64,000 bases of DNA, taken from contig OZ116709.1 in the NCBI GenBank assembly GCA_964199315.1, positions 2,480,001 to 2,544,000 on the forward strand. The letters run 5' to 3'. Position numbers and translations under genes: made by a program. Origin of the DNA: Orbicella franksi. Lineage: Eukaryota. Shown here in pieces: positions 25,001 to 35,468 of the stretch. How positions within the stretch are numbered: the first letter of the stretch is position 1; every line of letters starts with the position of its first letter. Under the pieces are notes generated by a model that was not told the DNA's origin, made no database searches, and saw only the letters and a program-made list of their open reading frames with translations.

Positions 25001-25586
25001 GGTATGTAGTAACTACTTGTAAAACCTCTTACTATAAACTTCTTTTTTTTCTAAAATACCCCCCGTCTGTAATTTTGAAAAAAAAATGTAACTTGGGAAC
25101 AAATGAGCCCTTTTGGGAAAGCGGAGGTGGAGGTAGGTATATCATAACTCATACAGAACTTTACCTAGTGTTTTGCAAAGAAAATCAAATCAGCTACTGA
25201 CCAGACTTTTAGCCAAACTTATCAGTAACTCTGAGTTATGACATATTACAATAATGATGTAGAGTTACCTCTAATTATTAGAAATACATCTGCCTGCTGC
25301 AAAAAAATCATTCATTCAAACAGAATTGATGTTCTTGCATTGTTGTATGTACTGCAACAAATCTGACATGAATATATGTAACTTGTTTCTTGATCTACAG
25401 ACTTATCTTTGGGTGCTAAATGATGACAGTGAGTTTGACTTTGCCTTCAACAAGCTTAAGGTTGCTGGCGTTATGACAGACTATCCTACAAGACTGCAAA
25501 ATTATCTTAATGGTAGCAATATCCCTCGAGAGCCTGTAAACACTACCAGTGGAAGTGAAAGGAGTGAGCTGATTAAAAAAGAGTGA
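17680..25586 (+). CDS. GDPD1: Lysophospholipase D / glycerophosphodiester phosphodiesterase, GDPD1/GDPD3 family (332 aa, 11 exons)
   Basis: Exons 17680-17815, 19560-19602, 20149-20209, 20557-20631, 20962-21007, 21123-21247, 21353-21442, 21686-21819, 24096-24146, 24771-24822, 25401-25586 total 999 nt with no internal stop. Motifs: N-terminal TM helix, ISHRGG-AAENLENT, EMLELDV, VVCHD, INVDIK, second hydrophobic segment LLFYTGLLPF, WVLND...GVMTDYPT. Confidence 0.93.
19683..20085. mobile_element. ~400-bp MITE-like element in GDPD1 intron 2
   Basis: Degenerate terminal inverted repeats GGGGGGTACTC ... GAGTAC(TGTG)CCCCCC. A similar right end (GGGAGTACCCCC) occurs at ~29430-29441. Confidence 0.5.
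21937..22460 (-). mobile_element. Degenerate L2/CR1-type LINE 3' fragment with (ATT/ATC)n tail
   Basis: Minus-strand translation NGLCPQYLTELL...TRTYGDRAFSICAPKIW resembles the C-terminus of L2/CR1 ORF2. It is followed by the AAT/GAT microsatellite at 21937-22040. Confidence 0.75.
22985..23560 (-). mobile_element. Possible highly degraded LINE endonuclease (APE) remnant
   Basis: Minus-strand fragment VGDLNAK resembles the APE GD(F/L)NA motif; many stops. Confidence 0.25.
24620..24689. mobile_element. 70-bp MITE with perfect 14-bp TIRs and 9-bp TSD, nested in an older repeat
   Basis: TIRs TAGCCTGCGAATAC / GTATTCGCAGGCTA; identical flanks CAGGCAATC at 24611-24619 and 24690-24698. Confidence 0.9.
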
Positions 25587-27770
25587 CAGATTAGTCTTCT
25601 CCTGCCGAGTGCAAACTGAAAGCACTCATGGCAGCAACAATGATAGTGCACCAGTTATAGAGCTGGAAGTTTCTTTTTAGTTTTTTTTTAAAAACTAGAC
25701 TCATTAAGTGTCATATTTTAGTGAAACATCGTACTGTTTAGTGTGTATTTTCATTCAGGGTTCTCTTTAATTTAGGGAATAGAGGGCTTGATTCATAAGT
25801 AGACAGCTGACCCTAATAGTTTTTGAGTGCCCAAGGGACAAGCCTCTCAGGAGGTTTGGGGTCATCTTCCCCCAGAACATTTTGAAATTTAGATGCTCTG
25901 AAATGCTATTTTACGCATTCTTTTATAGATATTTCCTAAAAAGAAAATCAATTTTGGAAAAGTTCAAAATGCCAACAAAATCAAGGGATTACAAAGAATT
26001 CAACCTTTTTCATACAGTGCTAGCATAATTGAAAATGTGCAAGACACCCTGATCCCATGCCCCTTCTCTAGCTACAGCCTTGATTGTCCTGAGACAAGGA
26101 CAGTCAAGGTTCAGTCACATTCCAAACAACCTGTATTTTCCCTAAATTACTCTTTACAACTTACATACATATTATTTCACGAATAGTGGGTGGCTCAGAA
26201 ATTGAAGTAGCTGGCTTTTCAGCCATCAGCCGGCACTTAATGAAAACCCTGATCCATTTGAGTGCAAAAAGCAGTTCTTCGAAGTAACATAATTACACAA
26301 TCTGTTATAGAGCATCAGGTATGAATCAAGCTCAAAATTGTCAAGTAGCTTGGTATCCAGGCACTCCAGTTCATTCCTAGACCTTTGTAAACAGCGTCAA
26401 TAACCAAACAAAGCACATCTATATTGTAATGTAGGTAATTAGTATTATGTTAGCAAAAATAGTTCATACAATGTATCACTGTTTTTGCAAGGTGATAAAC
26501 ATGTTGTATTCAATATTTAATTTATGTCCAACTGTAGAATATTTCCTTGTTTTAAAGATATAGCATGTCAAAAATCATGAAAATCACGATCAGACTGTGT
26601 ACTGGCTATCAAAGGATTACCTACCTTTTGATTGAAAAGTGACTGATGATATCAAATTTTATTTCCTATTTTGTTCACTTTCTGTGATTATATTTACTTC
26701 CACTGATTGTTTATGTTTGGGTCACAACCAGATGGCATGGAATCCAGACCTCTGACCAATGTCGATGTATTTAGTTTTTAGCGCAAGACAGTTTGCTATT
26801 ACAGTACCAAAGGTGTAATATCTTCATAAGCTCAACAATAATATTAGAATTAGAAATATTTATTATTAGAGACAATTACTGTAATTTCCGGTAGTATCCA
26901 CCCATTTTCACACTGTTCAGGTTTTAATCATGAACTTTTCTTCCAAAAATGTAATGGAAATAAATAGAAACTGATTTATTAAATAATGTATCTACATATA
27001 TTAGTAGTGCATTCCAACCATAGCATTGAAAAACAAATTGATTTCATTGTATTTGTGATTCCTTCAACGAAAAAGTCTATAATTCTGTAAATATTAAATA
27101 TTTTTGTTAGTGTAAAGTTCATGTCTGCAATAAGAATTCTTTCTTTCAAGTAAATTAAACCAAAACCACAAAACACTTAAGACTGCTGCACCCCAGTGGT
27201 GTGGAAAACATACCCTTCCCTAAAGAGATTTCATATTTTTTGTTACCAGTGATGATTTTCCCAATGTCGTTTTAATCAGATTGATTATTATAAGAAAAAG
27301 TAATTACCTCTTCTTTAGCCATGGCTATGAGAAGCAACCTCGCATATTTTCTGAAAATGCAAGGAGCAAATGGCTCTTTTCTCAGGAAATAACCTGAAAT
27401 CCTGGAGCAATATTTTCTGCTCACTGAAAGGTCTCAAGTTCAGTATATTTACACTTTAGTAGTGACATTTGTGATAAATCCTATTAGATTGCCGATTTCT
27501 TATTGCCTTATCACAAATGACTCAAACACTCTGTAAATTGTCACATCATGTAACCAAGCTGTAGTTAACATCTCTGCTAAAAGCTAAACGTAACTCCACA
27601 ATCAAAATTCTAATCCCCAAATCCCCTAAACAAAGGACCAGGGCATGAAACAATGAAGAGATAGGGGGAGGGGGACAGGCAGTATGAATGTTTTCTACAC
27701 TGTATAATGATTGACAGTCATTTGAAAATGGGTAAACAAATGTTTCACCAGAAGAACACCCGGAATAAGT

Positions 27771-28856
27771 TTATTCTGTAGTTCCCTGTGTTTCTGTATC
27801 GTTCGTAGCTTTATCTTCTTCCATTACAATCTTCTTCACTTGGCCCTCATCTGTGTCCTGGCAATTGACTGGGTCTTCAGCCTCGGCCACCTGTTCATGC
27901 TCTCGCTTCCTCGGTGAAGAATGGCCATACAGTGCCTGTTTACTCATCGTCATGGCGTCCAGTAATTCTGTGACAAACTCAGCAAGGTCGATTGTCACTT
28001 CTTCCCAAAGCTCTTCATCAAAATCAATACACGATTCTTTGTTTTCTCCTTTCAACCTCTCCAGTAAGACACCCTTGGATTTGTTGCGGATGAACAAGTA
28101 GGTTTGGAGCTGAATGTAATCATATTCAGGACACATGAAGCGATTCTTTCGATTCTTTACTTCAATCACACTATCTTCTGTTTCTGCATCCACCTTGCCA
28201 CATACACTCCACTGTACACCATTGTATTCCATGTCCCTGTAGTACAACTCGGGTGCGATGGGGCGTTCGATCTCAATCCCTTTGGCTTTTCCGAAATCTA
28301 GAACAGCTTTGCCTTCCAACTGCGTTCCGCGATCCTTCGTGATTTTGGACTCAACTGCCTCTACGACCTCCTTCTTTTCGATTCTGGCCTTGGCACAAAT
28401 CTCTTTCACAACCGATTCCACGGGTTTTTCTTCGTTCTGACAAAGTGTCTTGACCTCGGCTGCAACCTGTTCGACCACTTTAGCTGCTACTAGTGCTTGG
28501 TCTTCTTTGCTGCTTCTAAAGAGTTTCACTTTCAGGAAATTCAACGTTTTCCAATAAATTTTTCTCAGTGAAATGTCGCAAATTATTTTTCTTAGTTCTG
28601 CACCGAAATCGACGAGATCGGATTCTTCTGTCAAAGATGGAAGCTGCAATTCTTCACATTCTGTCAACATGGAGTGAACTTCAGTTTTGAACTGCAAGGC
28701 ATAGGCAAAACAAAACGATTGTGGATGTGATCGAAGCCAAACTCGTTGGAAGGTTTCTTCTCTGGATTGATATCTATGCCGTCCAACAGCACTGGCTAAT
28801 TCACTTGCAAAAATAACAATTTTTCTTCTCGCGTAATCGCTTGCCTTGCCCGCCAT
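27771..28856 (-). CDS. Intronless lambda-exonuclease/YqaJ-like PD-(D/E)xK nuclease, 361 aa
   Basis: Ordered motifs match lambda exonuclease: RKIVIFASE (lambda RLGVITASE), RGTQLE (G...E), GKVD (catalytic D), IEVKNR (ExK), YDYIQLQTY (Y..Q.Q). Strong start context AAAAACATGG. Acidic tail containing SPRKR. Confidence 0.8.
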   Translation of the reverse strand: MAGKASDYARRKIVIFASELASAVGRHRYQSREETFQRVWLRSHPQSFCFAYALQFKTEVHSMLTECEELQLPSLTEESDLVDFGAELRKIICDISLRKIYWKTLNFLKVKLFRSSKEDQALVAAKVVEQVAAEVKTLCQNEEKPVESVVKEICAKARIEKKEVVEAVESKITKDRGTQLEGKAVLDFGKAKGIEIERPIAPELYYRDMEYNGVQWSVCGKVDAETEDSVIEVKNRKNRFMCPEYDYIQLQTYLFIRNKSKGVLLERLKGENKESCIDFDEELWEEVTIDLAEFVTELLDAMTMSKQALYGHSSPRKREHEQVAEAEDPVNCQDTDEGQVKKIVMEEDKATNDTETQGTTE

Positions 28857-28894
28857 GTTTTGATGTCCGTTGCAAAAATGAAAAATTTGATTTT

Positions 28895-28930
28895 CACTTC
28901 CGGTTTTTATAACGGGGAGAGCGCGGGAAA
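28895..28930 (-). promoter_or_regulatory. ETS (CCGGAAGTG) and E2F-like (TTTCCCGCGC) motifs just upstream of the nuclease ATG
   Basis: Plus-strand CACTTCCGG at 28895-28903 and GCGCGGGAAA at 28921-28930, 39-74 bp upstream of the start codon. Confidence 0.5.
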
Positions 28931-31225
28931 AAATTGCTTTACTAGGGAGGGGTAGTGATAAGTATGGTTAATTAACCTGGAAACATATTTGTGAGAGCAA
29001 ATTTACAAAAATATGATACCGTATTTTGAAAGGTGATTTACAAGTCTCACTATCAAAAGATATTAATTTTATGTATTCAGTGGGGATAAATCGGTTTATT
29101 GTCTGGTTCATCTCTCCCTACCCTAGTCAGTAGAATATTTCAATGTTCCGGTCGCTCGGGCAAGTCTGAACATGTCACGCTGACAAGTCTACACGAACCA
29201 CAACATCTCATGACGTCATCGCGATTCATATGGGTAGGCATGATGTTTTTTTTATGTACCGCACTAGAGAGCCTGAAAACCAGCGTGGAAAGCAAGTACT
29301 GGCAAAACATCGGAAACCATTCAGTGGATGAAAACAAGAAATGCATAGGGTAGGGAAAATCGCAGATTTTGGTCATAAATAGGGTAAGGGATTTGGGAAA
29401 CGCGCCGCACGCCCCCATCCAATTTTTCTGGGAGTACCCCCGAGCATCTGAAACATACTTTGCTTATCAAGGCGATTGATTATCTGTACTGAACAAACAA
29501 TTAAGTGCATTTTTTACGGTAACTGCATAAATTCTCGCGTGCTCATATTGGCTAATTTTCTTTGTCAATAAGCGGACAGACACATGAATGTATAATTTGT
29601 GCGATGCGTCAACGAGCGAGAGCGGACAATTTGCTATCGTCGGGTTTGACAATTTATTATCTGCGATCCATTCGGCTATCGCCTCGTGGATCCGCATCTA
29701 CTTTGACAACGTTGTGACGAAATTCATGATCAATAAGAGGACAGACGCATGAAAAACTGACTTCAATTTGTTAAATTGTGTTGAAAAATTGTAAACAGAT
29801 ATAAATTTAGCTCCTCTTCTACGTGACGAGGATATAAACTTTGGTGGTTCTTTACTCTGGGATATTTCAAACTGATGACATCATGTGAAAACACTCTCGA
29901 CTACATAACTACAAAGCCTTTAGTGTGACATGACATAATGAGACGAAAGTAAGCGGGCGAACATATCACTCCAAAGCACGCGCGCGCAAACTTAGACGAT
30001 TATGACGAGACGTGATGCAATGAATTGACAGAAGCTAACTTGAGACAGAAGTGTAACAGCTCTTGTAAGCTTGTAATTCTCTTCATTGTTAGCAGCTGTT
30101 ATTGTTTTAGGGCTAGGGGCATTGTTTCTGTTGTTTGTTCTCAGAGGGGAACAAGCCATTCATGCGAGACCTTACGACAGCTGCTACATCACCCACTTGA
30201 GAACGTTCACTGTCGGCATATAACTGTCACTGTTTTTAATAGCAGGCTTACTTACAATTGATTGAGTGAGATAAGCTTTACTGAGACAAGTGAAACAGAT
30301 GACAAAAACGGAGGTAACGTTATGAGCTTTAATTTCATCTTTTAATTTAATTTTCAGCCACTAAGTTTAGTTCCTAATGGCCCTATTCTCCCAGAGGAGA
30401 GCTAGGAATTAGTAGTAAGTTTGGTTCCTAATCACCAGAACATGTTTGCAGATAAACTGGCGAAGAGCAATAACTCATTCTCATTATGTAGCTTAGACTA
30501 TGTAGGACTATGTAGCGTTCTCTGGTCTGATTGGATTGCCTTATGGCCCGGGTTTGGACAACATAATAGAAATTTTATAAACAGTAAACTTCTGTAAACG
30601 AGCTGGTTTTTAGGAATAAGTAATCTGAGAAAGAAAGAAACGTTGAAAAAATATGTCCGCAAATTTACAAAAAAAAAAATAATATGTAAAAAAAAAATTC
30701 AGTCAGACCAATAGGGTTAAACAAACCGTTGGCCTTGGGACAAGTGCAAGCTGCAAATTCTGTTGGTTATGAAACAATCAAAAGCGAGCTGATGATTTTT
30801 GCGGGAACTTTTTCTTTGAAAGTTTTTGCGGTTAATGGCGAAAACGTTGCGATAGAGCGGTAATTTTTCTCATTACAATTACCTTTCTGTATGACCCGAC
30901 TTCCAAGCACCACTTAATTTATGAATCAATCGGATGCGAGTGGATAACTCGAGCGAGTTTCTTGGATAAATTCCTATCGCTCGAATAACAAATTCAATGT
31001 TCAACCCTAAATTCGACACTTTCTATGAAAATCTGTCGATTTCTGCCGCCAAATCTGGTTATTAATCATTCTGCATACTCAAACTGTGGTCTGTGATTGC
31101 TGACTGAGCAACATGTGGTTCAGTAAGAAAGCGACAAAACTTATCTTACGCTCACGTGAAAGCTTGGGCATGCGCCGAACCAAAAAACACTGGACAAAGG
31201 TTTCATGTTTCGAGTTTTGATTGGC

Positions 31226-33902
31226 TCATCGCGTCTCTCGTGACACCATGTTCATTTCTGGGCAAGGGAGAACCCATTTAAAAGCCATCTGGTGTAGAAG
31301 TCCTGTCGCATTACATCGCAAGCATTTCCACGCATGCGACAAACTTCCGCTGGCATAAAATCCTTCCAGACGCAGATCTTTTTCTGCCAGGGACGTAAAG
31401 AGCCGACAATCCGGGATATCTTCATCTGGGACAATGAAATCGACCAATGGGAGATCAGGTCCTATATAATACTCAAGTCTTTCTCCTTTCTCATCCACGC
31501 AGAAGAATTGATGGTTTTGGTAGTTTTCCTTCTCGTCGCAAAGTGAACTGTAACTTTTGCAGACACTTGCACTGAGCTTGTAATCATTTTGCGAAGCGTA
31601 TCGCGTCACTGTAAGGGCGCAGTCACGACCAATTGAGAATTTTACAAATTGGCGATACTTTTGCTGTGCTGTTTCTAGAAGGATGTGTTTCCAGTGAAGA
31701 TACCGTTCAGTGAAGTCTCTCGTCTGTTCTTCTATTATTACATATGGAACAACAGAAGGGTAGCGTTCGAGCCGACGGATAAGTTTCTCTAACCTGAAGT
31801 ATTGCGCTTCGCGGTACACATATAACGCAACAGAAGTTTGAGGAAGCAGTGACGCATCCCGCAAGTAGTTTAAGATATAGCCAAAGTATGTTCCGTCACG
31901 GTCAATGAAATATCTTCCTTCATTATCCACCTCTAGCTTGTGTCGCCCACTAAACATGGCTGCCAACATGGAATCTTCGTCCTTCAGAAGTGTTGAAAGG
32001 CGAGTGGTAAAGAAATGACCTCCAACATTAAGAGAAAGAATAGTCGGGAGCTACGAAAAATTTGCCAAGAAGAAACTTTGATCAGAAGAAATTATGAAGA
32101 AAGATTCACACCTCTCAAACTGAAGTAATTATCAGCGATTCACCATTTTGTAGAAAGATCCTGTGCTATACAAACGCGTAACACTCTTTTCTTTCAGAAG
32201 GTGACCTAAACAGTTTCCGAGAGACTTGACGAGTTGTGAACCTCAAAAGGTCGTAACTATTTATAAAACGTCAGTTACCCTGGTCTTTAACCAATTATGA
32301 ATTTGTTAAATTAAAACCTTACGGAAATGAAGTTTCTCCATTAGTTAACCATTCTTTCTTAATTCTTTACTCAGTTCCACAAATGCAACCCATTACTGGT
32401 GATCATAATCATGAATCAAACAAAATCTTCCGCTAAAAACATAAAAGTCACCACCAGTTTAATAGGATTTTCCACCTCGCATATGGAATATGAAAGGGCT
32501 CCGAACAAGAGCCAGATAATATAAATGGTGGACGCGGAAGTTTACAAGCTTAGACGTTGGTTTTAATTTAATTTTTGTCACCAGCATCCAGTATCTAAGT
32601 GTACAGTGACATACATTATAATTACCGGTAATTTTGGACAAAAGAAAGCTGATTCAACCGGATGACCCAAGTCGTAAATTGAACACTGCATTGGCTCCGA
32701 GAGGACAAATATTTTTTTAATCAGAAGATAATCTAACATTGACCAATGCACGTCGTTGCGGCATTTTAACGAAATTTTTCTGTGTTTTCCAGGAACATAG
32801 TAAGGAGGTGTTGTCATTAAAACAGCTACATGAGTTTTCCTTTTTGATTTTATACTTCCCGGCGGCAAACCTTGTCCTGCGGCTTGAAAGTAGAAATTCG
32901 TACTAGATGACACTAAGCCAGAAACTAACCAAACAAATCTCTAAAACTACACGAATTTCACTGAAAAGCTAGGAACAAATTTGAAAACTCCCCTGCAAAA
33001 ATGGAGATTCCTTTGTATCGTATCTCTTGGGCAATGTCAAAACCTGCTATACTGTTATTACTGTTATTAAACTTTTTTGGTTGACGTTTTTTAGTCAAAC
33101 GGTTCGATCAATTTAGAAATTTGTAGTTTTGGAATATTGTCTTGTTGTTTACGTATTTACACCTGCTCGTTATATGGAACAAAGCATTTGGCACTGAAAA
33201 TGTGTCATACACGATCTAAAGTGAGAAGTCAATGACTGGAGTCTTCGGCTTTAACTATGCAGTGCAATTGCTAAGATCTGTATGACGAACTGAGTTGTGG
33301 CCGCTATAGGAAAAATTTTTCTGGCCTTCAAATTGTTTATGACAATGGTCGTTTAAGTTGAGTCAAGATTACCATAAAGATCAAACATCACTTTCCTCGA
33401 TAACAATAAGGAAAGTTTCCCGGAAATCAGTGGTCTTGAAAGCACAGTGGACTGACATCATCGAAATATCACTCCTTTTGTAAAATAGAGAACTGAAAAG
33501 TTTTAAGCTTATTCTCGCGAATTTCATCATGCAACAATCTACTGCTGCAGTATAAAACAATTTATAGGTCTTCTGCTGCCGCGTAGCTCGACCGTATCAA
33601 TTTCATTTAATGCGAAAAAATATGAAATGGCATGTGCACATTTAGGTTATATATAAATTTACTGGCTAACGGGTCTCTTTTAGCAATATATAAAGTGCAC
33701 GTTCGAAAGAAGTTTTTGAAATACCATTGATAGCTTCAGAATCCTTAAAATGAAACCGAAATTTAAACGTGTACGTTCAAGTAAAAATCTGAATTCACTT
33801 GCAAACTGAGGAAACATGACTTCCTTCAACCCACGTTCCTGGCGTAGATTAATTTAAATAACAAGTTAATCTTGTATATCATACCGTCACTTTTTCTGCC
33901 AT
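31226..33902 (-). CDS. KCTD-family BTB/POZ (T1) protein, KCTD7/14-like, ~280 aa
   Basis: Main exon 32050-31226 (acceptor TTTTTCGTAG): LPTILSLNVGGHFFTTRLSTLLKDEDSMLAAMFSGRH...RYFIDRDGTYFGYILNYLRD, a classic KCTD BTB. Candidate first exon 33902-33885 AAAATGGCAGAAAAAGTGACG|GTATGA (MAEKVT) is phase-compatible but less certain. Confidence 0.88.
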
Positions 33903-35468
33903 TTTTTTCCTTCTGAAGTTCAGTCCAGGTTCAATCCAAGTTCGGCTTGTCAGCGCGGGTGGCGATCACGAAGTGATTTTTCACGCGCAGTTACAAACAT
34001 TAAAAGTAACCTTACGATTTACATAAAAAAGAAAACTCTTTAGGACTGGTTGAAAGTGACAGGTTTTTCACGAAAGAGGACGCTTCCATGACACGCAACA
34101 ATAGTAGCCTCTATTTCAACACAGCATTCTTAAAATTCAACGACTGGAATACAATTATTCTATACTTAAACTAAACCAGAGAAAAACAGCACTAAAAGAG
34201 CAAGAGATTTCGTCATAAAAATTGCTCCCGACATAATTCGTGCTCGCGTTCGTGTTGTTTCGTGTTACCTCGTGATTTTCGGCGTGATGCGAGAAACGCA
34301 ACAAAAGAAAAGAATAGAGTTCTGCACGCAACACTGCCCTTAGTTTCAATTGGGGAAATAATTGAACAATTACAAATGAATCGCACTCATAAAATGCATT
34401 TTTTCAAAGTTGATCATATGCAAGTGTATTTACTTCAGTAAAAGGTTTATGCGTACCTGTCTCGACAGGCAATTTTAGTATCCTTTCCTTCGCATAGTTC
34501 GGGGTAAAAAAAAAATAGAATTACAGAACAACTTGACATGTCAATGATCGAAATATCTATAGAAACAATTTTTTTTCCGAGTTGATGTCATTTCTAAATT
34601 TAATAGTCATGACATGAATTAGCATAATGCCAATTCATTATTTATGGCGTTACAAGCGCGTGACAAATTCAACGTTAGATTTTAGCCGCGTGATCACGAA
34701 ATATGAAGAGAGGCGGCGAAAGTTGTTTGTGACTACAAACCTGAGCAAGCGCTATGCAGAATTAATTGCTACGTCTAGTGCATGGTACCTTTATTTTGCC
34801 AAAATACTTCAGGTACCTGGTACGACCTTCACCAACGGAAAATCATGTCAGAACGATGTCTTGACATAAATTACATTATGGCTGGTCATGACTGCTTTTA
34901 AAAGAAAATAATGGACTATCGTCAAGGCAGATAACACTGACAATGTTTTTCTTGCTCGCACAAACCGAACTACAGGCTTACGAGTGCTGCTACACTTCTG
35001 CAATTTGTTAGTGCACGAAGGCGTCCGATCTTCTGATTGGACAATAAAACCTAATGATAATTTGCCATAACTGAACAGCGTTTCTTCTCAGCGCCATCTT
35101 CTCGGCCTCCGTGGGAAACACAGGTGTGAGCTTTGAACGAGCATGTGTAATCTTGTTGTTGGGTTCTTCCTGGAGCCAGCCGGGCTTTTCTCTGTTTAGA
35201 GAGTGCTCTATACTGATCAAGCTTTATCCATTTTCTCCAATGTCACGTACGGCGAGAGATATCACATGTGATTTCCAGTCTCGGTTTATAGACTGACTGC
35301 GCTGTGGTCATGGCGAACAATTCTCTCGCCTCCAGGCATTAGGTCTCAACAATGAGATTTGTCTTACTGTAAGGCCCTTCGCCGCCATTCATTCAATCTC
35401 ACGCTCTCTCGATTAGAAGCCTGTCCTGGGCTTTTTCTATGGAAATTCACAGTCCCCCTGTTTGTTTG

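Noticed and set aside
27308-27393. 86-nt exon-like segment (-) downstream of the YqaJ-like stop, open in one frame
   Set aside because: No phase-compatible donor in the nuclease ORF and no continuing coding exon found; at most a UTR exon.
27771-28856. Bacterial/phage contamination or a recent giant-virus insertion as the explanation for the nuclease
   Set aside because: No Shine-Dalgarno or operon context and no other viral genes; animal-type start context, upstream motifs and host-like composition. Only long reads can fully exclude misassembly.
32323-32341. ATG GAG AAA CTT CAT TTC C|GTAAGG as KCTD exon 1
   Set aside because: The phase-1 donor is incompatible with the phase-0 acceptor at 32050 and gives an early stop.
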